Below are positions 19,087-28,213 of a stretch of DNA of 44,323 bases, in pieces. The notes beneath the pieces were generated by a model. That model saw only the letters and a list, made by a program, of their open reading frames with translations. It made no database searches and was not told where the DNA came from. The stretch is from Planctomycetota bacterium. GTDB lineage: Bacteria > Planctomycetota > UBA8108 > UBA1146. The stretch lies in assembly GCA_036338595.1 (NCBI GenBank), contig JAYZBV010000114.1, positions 1 through 44,323 of the forward strand. Direction: 5' to 3'. How positions within the stretch are numbered: position 1 is the first letter of the stretch; the number at the start of each line of letters is the position of its first letter. The translations under genes and the position numbers were made by a program.

Positions 19087-19899
19087 TTGATGGTCGGTAG
19101 CAACATTGTGGGCCACGGGCTTCGCACCCAACCGATCGGGATTCGCATCGGATTGACCGCACTGGTGCTGGTGTTGCTGGGCGGATTGGCGGCGAGCGCT
19201 GCTCACCTCGTGAATCACTACGCGAATCGCGACGAGCGACCGGAGTTGACTCTCGATGACATCAAGGGTGCGTACCACGGCATCAACACTCCTTCGCTGC
19301 TCAACTCGGCACTCGAGCGAGGGCATCCGGAGCAACTTCCTGCTGCCGAGAAACAGATCCTGCTCGTCTGGCTCGCCGGCACCCGGATCGTCGAGGATTA
19401 CGACAGCCTCGATCTGGAGATCCCGCCTGCCGAGATCATCGAAAGCCGCTGCCTGGAGTGTCATACACGTCAGGCGGGAGCAGAGGCGGGCACTCCCAGG
19501 CCACCCCTCGAGTACTTTGACGACATCAAATCGATCGCCTTTTCGCGCGAGATTCGCGCCACTCCCGACAGCGTTCTGGCGATGTCGACCCACGCTCACG
19601 CCCTCAGTATGTCGATTCAGGGCATCTTGGTGGCGGCTCTGGCGTTGTTGACGCGCTGGCCTGTTCGCTCCATCTCGCTGCTGGTGGCGGTGATGGGACT
19701 CGGATTGCTGGGCGATATAGGGGGTTGGTGGATGGCCCGTTTCAGTCCATCCTGGGCTCTGTGCATCGTGATCTCGGGGGCCGGGTACAGCGTCAGCCAG
19801 GCGATCTTGCTGCTAATGGTCGTGACGGATCTCTGGTGGCCCAGCAGAGCCGAAGCGAGACCGATCTCTAAAGAACAGCCTGACAAGGAGGAACGATGA
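19087..19899 (+). CDS. Membrane protein with periplasmic c-type heme domain and about 4 TM helices
   Basis: N-terminal TM, CLECH heme motif, STHAHALSM at the start of three further TM helices. Confidence 0.75.
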   Translation: MMVGSNIVGHGLRTQPIGIRIGLTALVLVLLGGLAASAAHLVNHYANRDERPELTLDDIKGAYHGINTPSLLNSALERGHPEQLPAAEKQILLVWLAGTRIVEDYDSLDLEIPPAEIIESRCLECHTRQAGAEAGTPRPPLEYFDDIKSIAFSREIRATPDSVLAMSTHAHALSMSIQGILVAALALLTRWPVRSISLLVAVMGLGLLGDIGGWWMARFSPSWALCIVISGAGYSVSQAILLLMVVTDLWWPSRAEARPISKEQPDKEER

Positions 19900-21161
19900 G
19901 CGAGCAGGATCCTGGTGCGACCCGCAGAGACTTCTTGAAGGGAGCTGCCGCTGCTTCTGCAGCGACCCTGCTGACAACCATGCCCGGTTCGGTTCATGCC
20001 GATGGTTCGGATATCATCCGCGTCGGGCTGATCGGCTGTGGTGGCCGTGGTTCAGGTGCTGCCAACAATTGCGTGAGTTCCTCCCCCGGTGTCAAGATCA
20101 CCGCCATGGCAGATCTGTTCCGGGACCGTCTCGACTCGAGTCGCAATAACCTCAAGAAACTCGGCGACGGCTTCGATGTTCCCGAGGAGCGCTGCTTCGT
20201 CGGCTTCGATGCCTACCAGCAACTGCTCGCCTCCGATGTCGATATGGTGATCCTCGCCACACCCCCTGGCTTCCGTCCGATCCACTTCGAGGCCGCTGTC
20301 GCTGCTGGCAAGAATGTCTTCATGGAGAAACCGGTCGCTACCGATGGACCCGGGATTCGCAAGGTGCTGGAAGCCGCCAAGGTTGCCAAGCACAAGGGGC
20401 TCGCCGTCGTTGCGGGTACCCAGCGCCGCCATCAGAAGGGCTACATCGAGACGATGCAGCAGATTCACGATGGGGCCATCGGAGATCTGGTCGGAGCGCA
20501 GGTGTACTGGAATCAGGGTGGACTGTGGGTGGCTCGCAAGACGCCCCAGATGTCGGACATGGAGTGGCAGGTCAGGAACTGGCTCTACTTCGCCTGGGCC
20601 AGTGGAGACCACATCGTCGAACAACACATCCACAACATCGATGTCATGAACTGGGCCTTCGGAGGCCCGCCGGAAAAGGCCAATGCGATGGGGGGGCGTC
20701 AGGTTCGCACCGGAGCTGAATACGGGCACATCTTCGACCACTTTGCGGTCGAGTATGTTTATCCCGGTGGCGTCCGGACCCTCAGTGAATGCCGACAGAT
20801 CGACGGCTGCTGGAACCGGGTCTCCGAGAAGATCATCGGGACCAAGGGAGTGGCGAACCCATCGGGCCGGATCACCGGTGAGACCAACTGGAGTGCCCCC
20901 GGTGGTGGAAAAAATCCATATGTTCAGGAACACGCGGATCTGATCGCAAGCATCCGCGCCAACGATCCCCTCAACGAGGCGGAGCGTGTCGCGATGAGCA
21001 CGCTGACCGCCATCATGGGGCGCATGAGTGCCTACACCGGCAAGGAGGTCACTCTCGACTTCGCCCTCAACTCGCAGTTGAATCTTCTGCCGGAGAGGTG
21101 GGAGTTTGGAGATCTTGCCATGCCCGAAGTGGCGGTTCCCGGACGTACGGCACTGGTCTAG
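19896..21161 (+). CDS. Tat-exported Gfo/Idh/MocA oxidoreductase
   Basis: TRRDFLK Tat motif, VHA cleavage site; GLIGCGGRG; ATPPGFRP; FMEKPV; RNWLYF..SGDHIVEQHIHNID. Confidence 0.92.
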   Translation: MSEQDPGATRRDFLKGAAAASAATLLTTMPGSVHADGSDIIRVGLIGCGGRGSGAANNCVSSSPGVKITAMADLFRDRLDSSRNNLKKLGDGFDVPEERCFVGFDAYQQLLASDVDMVILATPPGFRPIHFEAAVAAGKNVFMEKPVATDGPGIRKVLEAAKVAKHKGLAVVAGTQRRHQKGYIETMQQIHDGAIGDLVGAQVYWNQGGLWVARKTPQMSDMEWQVRNWLYFAWASGDHIVEQHIHNIDVMNWAFGGPPEKANAMGGRQVRTGAEYGHIFDHFAVEYVYPGGVRTLSECRQIDGCWNRVSEKIIGTKGVANPSGRITGETNWSAPGGGKNPYVQEHADLIASIRANDPLNEAERVAMSTLTAIMGRMSAYTGKEVTLDFALNSQLNLLPERWEFGDLAMPEVAVPGRTALV

Positions 21162-21175
21162 GCAGGAGTGCCGAG

Positions 21176-22087
21176 ATGGACCGCAGGACATTTATCACGG
21201 CCACTTCGCTGGCGGTGATCGGGAGTTCGCTGGGAAAGGCGATGGAGATGTCGATTCCAGGGTTTCATGGTCGATCACCCAGGCTCAAGAAATCTCTCAA
21301 GATCGGCATGGCCAACGTGGGAGACACGTTGCTGGAGAAGTTCCAGATTCTCAAGGATCTGGGTTTCGATGGCATCGAACTCGATTCTCCGTCAAATCTC
21401 GATTGGCGAGAGGTGCTGCGAGCGAAGGCGGAGACTGGTCTGGAGATCCCGGGAGTGGTCTGTTCCACACACTGGGGAAAGCCACTATCAGCGGCTGACG
21501 AGGCGACCCGGCGTGCCGGGATCGAGGGAGTCGAGACCGCCTTGCGAGACTGTCGTCTCTTCGGTGGTACCACCGTCCTGCTGGTCCCGGGAACCTGTAC
21601 CAATGGAGCGGCGACCTACGAAGATGCATGGAAACGTTCGACCGAGGCGATCAAAGAACTGATTCCCCTCGCCGCAGAGTTGAAGGTTCGCATCGCCTTC
21701 GAGAATGTCTGGAACGATTTCATCACCGACGCGGATGAAGCGGTCAAGTATGTCGATCAGTTCGAGAGTCCGTGGGTCGGGTGGTATTTCGATACCGGCA
21801 ACATCGTGCGCTATGGCAGTCCTCCGGAATGGGTTCGCAAACTCGGCAGTCGAACCATCAAACTCGATATCAAGGATTACTCTCGCACATTGATGGAGAA
21901 GGACGGTCCCTGGGCAGGGTTCAAGTGCAAGATCGGCGATCCGGAATCCTCGGTCGAGTGGGCCGAGACGATGAAGGCTCTCGACGAGGTCGGTTACCGA
22001 GGATGGGGCTCTGCAGAGGTCTCTGGAGGCGGCAAGGAGCGTCTTGCAGAGATTTCTCGACGCATGGATGAGGTTTCTTCTCGCTAG
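21176..22087 (+). CDS. Tat-exported sugar phosphate isomerase/epimerase TIM barrel
   Basis: MDRRTFI Tat motif after AGGAG RBS; GFDGIEL, FENVWN, YFDTGN, IKDY, SAEV. Confidence 0.88.
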   Translation: MDRRTFITATSLAVIGSSLGKAMEMSIPGFHGRSPRLKKSLKIGMANVGDTLLEKFQILKDLGFDGIELDSPSNLDWREVLRAKAETGLEIPGVVCSTHWGKPLSAADEATRRAGIEGVETALRDCRLFGGTTVLLVPGTCTNGAATYEDAWKRSTEAIKELIPLAAELKVRIAFENVWNDFITDADEAVKYVDQFESPWVGWYFDTGNIVRYGSPPEWVRKLGSRTIKLDIKDYSRTLMEKDGPWAGFKCKIGDPESSVEWAETMKALDEVGYRGWGSAEVSGGGKERLAEISRRMDEVSSR

Positions 22088-22164
22088 TCGCTCGGGGCCT
22101 CATGCCCTATCATCGAAGGTGTTCTACAGATAACAACTTTCCCCACAGAACCGGAGGGTTCTCG

Positions 22165-25100
22165 ATGCGTATGACTTCCATGGTGACAAGGTTGGCTTGC
22201 CTGCTGACCTGCTGTTCAGCACTATCAGCGCAGGTCACCAGTGAATCCTGGATCAACTGGGAAAGCCCACCGGTACATCCGCTGGAACTGGTTTCGGGCA
22301 GTGACCTGTTGCTGGCGACCAACACGGCAGATTCCCACCTGGAAATCTACAACATCAGCTCCGGTGTTCCGGAGCCGTTGCTGTCGGTGCCGGTGGGGCT
22401 GGATCCTGTATCGGTGCGAGCTCGTAATGCGACCGAGGCGTGGGTGGTGAATCGGATCTCCGACACGATCAGCATCGTCGATCTGCAAAATGGCTATGTT
22501 CGATGGACATTGATGACAGCAGATGAACCCGCGGATGTGATCTTTGCAGGTACTCCGGAACGGGCTTATGTTTCCTGCTCGGGGACCGATGAGATCATGG
22601 TTTACGATCCAGCCGATCTGGCAGCATCGCCCGAGATCATCCAGTTGATCGGTGAAGAACCTCGGGCACTTGCAAAAAGCCCCGACGGATCGACCGTCTA
22701 CTGCGCCATCTTTGAATCCGGCAATGGCACCACCGTGCTCGGCGGAGGATTTGACGGTGGAATCAATGTCATCGCATTCCCTCCCAACGTTGTCAGCGAT
22801 CCTGCGGGTCCTTATGGCGGCGTCAATCCACCGCCCAATGCCAATGGCGACTTTGAGCCACCACTGAACCCCAGCATAGGTACACCTCCACCCGTGGCAC
22901 TGATCGTGAAGAAGATCGACCAGGATGTGTGGGTCGATGACAATGGAAGCGACTGGGGAGATCTAGTCAGTGGGCCACAGGCAGACCTTTCCGGTCGCCA
23001 GGTCGGCTGGGATCTGGCAGATCATGATGTCGCGGTCATCGATACCACCGACAACTCGGTCTCATACATCCAGTCCCTGATGAACATCTGCATGGCGATC
23101 GGTGTTCGTCCGACCGATGGAGCCATCTCGGTGGTCGGAACCGAGGCCCACAATCACATCCGCTACGAACACAATCTCAACGGGCACTTCATCGATGTGC
23201 TGCATGCGATGATCACCCCGGGAGGCGCGGCCAGCGCACAGATCGAGGATCTCAATCCTCATCTACCCGCCGGTGGTGTCAGTGTTCCCCCCGATCAGCA
23301 GGTTCTGAGCATCGGAGATCCGCGAGCCATCGTCTGGAATGCCGCGGGTACCGAGGCTTTTGTCGCCGGTAAGGGATCCGGAAATGTCGTCAGGCTGCAG
23401 GCCGACGGAACCCGGGATCTTGTTGCGGACCCCATCGATGTGGGCGCGGGAGCGACCGGTCTCGCCCTCGATGAATCGAGGGGGAAACTCTATGTGCTGG
23501 AGCACTTCGATGCGTCGGTGGCTTCCATCGATATACAGACCGGCACCATCAGTGGTCGAGACACATTTCACGATCCGACCGGTGAAGTGGTACGCGCGGG
23601 CCGAAAGTTCCTCTACGACACACACCTCACCTCCGGAATGGGCCAGGTCTCCTGTGCTTCTTGCCACGTCGATGCCAGGACCGACCGCCTGGCATGGGAT
23701 CTGGGAGATCCTGGCGGGGAGGAAGAGCCCTTTGTCGATGTTTGCAACATGGGTCTACCGCTTCCGGGAGTACCTCCGTGTGATGATTTCCATCCGATGA
23801 AGGGACCGATGTTGACGCAGACATTGCAGGACATCATCGGCAAGGAACCTCATCACTGGCGTGGAGATAAATTTGGTATCGAGGCCTTTGGTGGTGCATT
23901 CATGTCCATCAATGGAGATGATCTTCCTCTCGGCGGCAGTTCGATGCAGGAGTTCGAGGCGTACCTCGCCAGCATCTACTTTCCTCCCAATCCATTCCGC
24001 AGCATCCGAAATGAACTGCCCACGGCATTGCCACTCGATGGGCATTACACGACCGGTCGCTTCGGGTCTGAAGGTGAATCACTGGGAACAGGAAACGCAG
24101 TGACCGGGCTGGATCTGTACCGCAATGATGGCCTCGATGGAGGCCTGCAGTGTGTGACCTGCCATGCGTTGCCGATCGGAATCGGGCCCAACTCGGAGTT
24201 CAGTACCGGGTTTGTCATGGAAACGATTCCGGACGGTCCGATGGGGGAAAAACACCACGGCATGGTCAGTGTCGATGGCTCTGCCCAGCGGAACATCAAG
24301 ATTCCCCATTTGCGAAACGTCTACAAGAGGACCGGCTTCAACACGACTCAACTGCTCAACACTTCCGGATTTGGATTCCTTCACGACGGGTCGGTGGATT
24401 CCGTCGAGCGTTTCATCAGTGAACCTGCTTTCTCGGTACTCAATGATCAGCAGATTGCAGATCTGACCGCCTTCATGCTCGCGTTCTCTGGATCCGACCT
24501 ACCGGAGGGAAGCAATCAGACACCGTTCGAACCTCTCGGGACGCCCAGTCAGGATTCGCACGCTGCGGTGGGGATGCAGATCACCCTCGACGAGACCAAC
24601 AGGGATGACCCCGATGTGCTCGCCGATGCGCAGATCATCCTCGAGGAAGCGAGCCTCGGCAGGATCGGCGTGATCGCCAAGGCATGGCAAGGCGGCTTCC
24701 TTCGTGGATGGGTACTGGTGGGTGCCGGCACCGGAGTATTCCAGTCCGACATCCTGACCGAAGGCACCACCTTCACCGAACTTCGCAACTCCGCAGTAGC
24801 GGGTGCGGAAGTGACCTTCACCGTGGTACCAACGGGATCGGCACTCCGGATGGGCATCGATCGTGATCTCGACGGCCACTTTGATGGGGACGAACGCCTG
24901 GCATGTTCCGATCCTGCGGACCCACTGTCTCAACCTGGATCCTGCTCTGGCGTCTTCTTCGTCCGTGGCGATGGAAATGGAGACGGTGCCCTCGATATCT
25001 CGGATGCGATCTCGACGCTGCAACTTCTCTTCGGAGGAGGCACTTCCCTCACCAGCTGTGAGGATGGTCACGACAGTAACGACGATGGCAGCATCGATGT

Positions 25101-25227
25101 TGCGGATCCCATCACAGTACTGTCATATCTCTTCTCGGGTGGCGCAGAATTGCCGGCCCCGGGAGCGACGTGTGGTGAGGATCTGACCGGAGACACCTTG
25201 CAGTGCACCGAGACGGTATGCCCCTGA
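22165..25227 (+). CDS. Secreted YVTN/YncE-like beta-propeller + di-heme cytochrome c peroxidase-like domain + dockerin-like tail
   Basis: Signal peptide (LSA-Q); VPVGLDPVSV and WVVNRISDTISIVD propeller blades; CASCH (23653) and CVTCH (24151); PHLRN and GFLHDGS; C-terminal RGDGNGDGALDISD. Confidence 0.85.
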   Translation: MRMTSMVTRLACLLTCCSALSAQVTSESWINWESPPVHPLELVSGSDLLLATNTADSHLEIYNISSGVPEPLLSVPVGLDPVSVRARNATEAWVVNRISDTISIVDLQNGYVRWTLMTADEPADVIFAGTPERAYVSCSGTDEIMVYDPADLAASPEIIQLIGEEPRALAKSPDGSTVYCAIFESGNGTTVLGGGFDGGINVIAFPPNVVSDPAGPYGGVNPPPNANGDFEPPLNPSIGTPPPVALIVKKIDQDVWVDDNGSDWGDLVSGPQADLSGRQVGWDLADHDVAVIDTTDNSVSYIQSLMNICMAIGVRPTDGAISVVGTEAHNHIRYEHNLNGHFIDVLHAMITPGGAASAQIEDLNPHLPAGGVSVPPDQQVLSIGDPRAIVWNAAGTEAFVAGKGSGNVVRLQADGTRDLVADPIDVGAGATGLALDESRGKLYVLEHFDASVASIDIQTGTISGRDTFHDPTGEVVRAGRKFLYDTHLTSGMGQVSCASCHVDARTDRLAWDLGDPGGEEEPFVDVCNMGLPLPGVPPCDDFHPMKGPMLTQTLQDIIGKEPHHWRGDKFGIEAFGGAFMSINGDDLPLGGSSMQEFEAYLASIYFPPNPFRSIRNELPTALPLDGHYTTGRFGSEGESLGTGNAVTGLDLYRNDGLDGGLQCVTCHALPIGIGPNSEFSTGFVMETIPDGPMGEKHHGMVSVDGSAQRNIKIPHLRNVYKRTGFNTTQLLNTSGFGFLHDGSVDSVERFISEPAFSVLNDQQIADLTAFMLAFSGSDLPEGSNQTPFEPLGTPSQDSHAAVGMQITLDETNRDDPDVLADAQIILEEASLGRIGVIAKAWQGGFLRGWVLVGAGTGVFQSDILTEGTTFTELRNSAVAGAEVTFTVVPTGSALRMGIDRDLDGHFDGDERLACSDPADPLSQPGSCSGVFFVRGDGNGDGALDISDAISTLQLLFGGGTSLTSCEDGHDSNDDGSIDVADPITVLSYLFSGGAELPAPGATCGEDLTGDTLQCTETVCP

Positions 25228-25240
25228 GGTCGGAGCCGAT

Positions 25241-27058
25241 TCAGCCAGTCAGCGGCCAGAAGTAGGGGATCAATAGCCCTGCCACGGCCCAGATGATCAC
25301 CACCAGCGGGGCTCCGACCCTGGCAAAGTCGCCAAATCGATAGCCTCCGGCGCCATAGACGAGGGTGTTGGTCTGATATCCTATCGGCGTCAAGAACGAT
25401 AGAGACGCACCAAAGGCCACCGCCATGACAAATGGGTAGGGAGAGACCTGCACCTCGGTAGCGATCTTCAGAGCCACCGGCACCAGCACTGCAGCGACCG
25501 CTGCGTTGGAAACCATCTCGGTCAACAGGGCGGCGACGATCAGGGTCACCACGACCAGGCCGTGTGCGCCGAGGTACGGCTCCAGATTGGCGACGATCTG
25601 CGCAAGCCAGTCGGCGGTTTTACTGACGACCATGGCCTGTCCGAGCGCCAGCGTGCCTGCGATCAACACCAGGACCTTCCACTGCACCGCCTCGTAGATT
25701 TTCATACCACTGATACAGCCGGTCACGACCATGGCGACCGCTCCCGCAAGCGCCACCGTGGCCATCGGGAGTATCTGGGTTGCCAGCAACCCGATCACGG
25801 CGATCAGCACGATGATCGCCAGCGGTGCCTTTTCTTTTCGTACCACGACATCGTCGACACCCGACATCAGCACCACTCCCTCTTCGCCGCGGATGCGGTC
25901 GAGGCCTTCCGGAGTGCCCTGGATCAGCAACACGTCACCGGTCCTCAGCGGGTGTTCGCTGATCTTGCTGCGCATATGCATGCCGTGGCGCTGGAGTCCG
26001 ATGACATTGAGCCCGAAGCGTCTGCGCAACTCGACCGACCCGAGCAGTTGGCCGACATAATGACTACTCGGCAGAACCAGTAGCTCTGCGAGTTGAGACT
26101 CTCGCTGAGTTGCGCTTCCCTGGGTCTCGGAGACGATCTCGGAGAGACTCGCAACCCCCTGTTCTTCCTGAACTGCCATCAGGTCCTCGATGGCTCCTGA
26201 GATCACCAGAGCGTCTCCGAGCTGAAGCGTCTCATCTTCCAGTGGTGGCCAGATGATCTCCTCGCCACGGATGATCTGGAGTATTCGAACCTTGCCTGCT
26301 GTTGCGAGCATCGAATCACCAAATCGCTTGCCGATCAGATCGCCACCGCGAACCTCGATCTCGGTGATGTACTCCCTGTGCCTGCGGTCGCCTCCGAGGC
26401 TGGCGAGGGAGGTGATCGTCTGCCTTTCCGGCAACAGCCTGGGTGCCACCGTCAGTAGATAGACGAATCCGATCGCTGCCAGGATGAAGCCCAGTTTCGC
26501 GAACTCGAACATGCCCAGTTCAATGCCGGCGCTCTCTCTTGCGATGGATGCGACCAGGATGTTGGTCGAGGTTCCGATGAGGGTACAGGTCCCGCCCAGA
26601 ATCGCTGCATACGACAGAGGGATCAGAATCGAGGATGGATTCATTCCGCTGCGAAGGCACGCTCCCAGGGCCACCGGGATGAACATCGCAACGACAGGAG
26701 TATTGTTGAGGAAGGCACTGGCGACCAGCACGATCAGGAGCATCCAGGCGGTCAGCAGCCGATTGCTGCCGCGGCTCCATTCATGCAGGTGGTTCGAGAG
26801 AAATCCCAGTGCTCCGGTTCTCAGTAGTCCCTCACTGACGATGAACAGAGCGCCCACTCCGATCACCGCAGGGTGCCCGAATCCCTCCAGAGCTTCCCCG
26901 ATCCCGAGCAAGGAGTCCCCTTCGAAGGACCAGGGCCAGGGAATGACCAGGTAAAGAAGAACGAGCACGGCGATGACATCGACCGCCAGGAATTCCGAGG
27001 CGAATAAGATCAATGTAATTGCGAGTACGATCAGGACCTCGATGATTTCCGGTGTCAC
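25241..27058 (-). CDS. SLC13/DASS family permease with two TrkA-C (RCK_C) domains
   Basis: SAFLNNTPVV, LGGTCTLIGTSTN, VSNAAVA, SFLTPIGYQTN..VYGAGGYRFGDF; probable GTG start at 27058. Confidence 0.92.
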   Translation of the reverse strand: MTPEIIEVLIVLAITLILFASEFLAVDVIAVLVLLYLVIPWPWSFEGDSLLGIGEALEGFGHPAVIGVGALFIVSEGLLRTGALGFLSNHLHEWSRGSNRLLTAWMLLIVLVASAFLNNTPVVAMFIPVALGACLRSGMNPSSILIPLSYAAILGGTCTLIGTSTNILVASIARESAGIELGMFEFAKLGFILAAIGFVYLLTVAPRLLPERQTITSLASLGGDRRHREYITEIEVRGGDLIGKRFGDSMLATAGKVRILQIIRGEEIIWPPLEDETLQLGDALVISGAIEDLMAVQEEQGVASLSEIVSETQGSATQRESQLAELLVLPSSHYVGQLLGSVELRRRFGLNVIGLQRHGMHMRSKISEHPLRTGDVLLIQGTPEGLDRIRGEEGVVLMSGVDDVVVRKEKAPLAIIVLIAVIGLLATQILPMATVALAGAVAMVVTGCISGMKIYEAVQWKVLVLIAGTLALGQAMVVSKTADWLAQIVANLEPYLGAHGLVVVTLIVAALLTEMVSNAAVAAVLVPVALKIATEVQVSPYPFVMAVAFGASLSFLTPIGYQTNTLVYGAGGYRFGDFARVGAPLVVIIWAVAGLLIPYFWPLTG

Positions 27059-27382
27059 TCTGCCATCCCTTCGCTCTCGTCGAACGCCTCGCCATGGAAC
27101 CCGATCCGATTTCATCGGCACTCTTGATTGCGAGCACTCGGTCCTTGCGTGTAGGGTGAGAGGATAACGGGGGAGACATCGAACACTCCAGTTGATTTAT
27201 CGATTCGCGTGCCGTGGGCGGGCTTCGAAGCCCTTCCGTGGAGGTGGCCAGCGATCTCCAGCAGGGGCACTTCTCGCCGAGAAGTGGCAACTGGTGCCTT
27301 GAGAAGTGGGTTGAAGCGCCGATGATCTGCAGATCATGCGCACAGGGTGTAGCGGGGAGACCAGAGCAGAATAGGGGGGCCA

Positions 27383-28213
27383 TTGGTGGCCGGGGCGAAG
27401 AAGAACAAGAAGAAGAAACCGGATCGGCAGGCATTTCTGGCCAACAAGCATGACCTTTATCAGAAGGCAGTGCAGGAGCCAGTGGCGGATATCGAGTTCA
27501 TGGAAGACACCTTTCGTAGCAAGTTCAAGCGGGACCCGATCTTGATGCGCGAAGATTTTTGCGGCACTGGCTTTCTCTCTGCAACATGGGTCGAGCACAA
27601 TCCTTCCTACAGGGCCATCGGCTATGACCTTGATTCCGATACAGTCAACTGGGGTGTCGAACACAATCTTTCCAAACTCGATGACGATCAACGGTCTCGC
27701 GTAGAGCTTCGTATCGCCAATGTTCTGGACGCACCCAACGACCCGGTAGATATCGTATGCGCCATGAACTTCTCCTGGTGGATCTTCAAGCAACGTCAGC
27801 AACTCATCGAGTACTTCAGTTCGGTTCGTGAAAGTCTCGCCGGAAGTGGCCTCTTCGTCCTCGATATTTACGGGGGCAAGGAAGCTTACGAGGAGATGGA
27901 AGAGGAACACGAAAAGGATGGCTTCGATTATATCTGGGACCAGGACAAGATCTGTGGGATCAGTGATGAGGTTCTCTGCCACATCTCTTTCCATTTTCCG
28001 GACGGTTCCAAGATGAAACGTGCCTTCACCTACGACTGGCGTCGCTACGGCATGAAGGAGAGTCAGGACATCTTGATCGATGCTGGCTTCTCATCGGTCG
28101 AGGTCTACTGGGAGGGCACCGATGAGGATGGGGAAGGCGATGGTGAGTTCACTCTCGAGAAGCATGCCGAAAACACCGACGCCTGGATCGCCTATCTGGT
28201 CGCCATCCCGTAA
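27383..28213 (+). CDS. Class I SAM-dependent methyltransferase
   Basis: LYQKAVQ, MREDFCGTG, GYDLD, AMNFSWW, GLFVLDIYGG, FTYDWR. Confidence 0.85.
   Translation: MVAGAKKNKKKKPDRQAFLANKHDLYQKAVQEPVADIEFMEDTFRSKFKRDPILMREDFCGTGFLSATWVEHNPSYRAIGYDLDSDTVNWGVEHNLSKLDDDQRSRVELRIANVLDAPNDPVDIVCAMNFSWWIFKQRQQLIEYFSSVRESLAGSGLFVLDIYGGKEAYEEMEEEHEKDGFDYIWDQDKICGISDEVLCHISFHFPDGSKMKRAFTYDWRRYGMKESQDILIDAGFSSVEVYWEGTDEDGEGDGEFTLEKHAENTDAWIAYLVAIP

Noticed and set aside
15613..21191. Long antisense ORFs (e.g. 15613-17094, 16691-17665, 20052-21191)
   Set aside because: Shadow frames of well-supported plus-strand genes in GC-rich DNA; no recognisable motifs.
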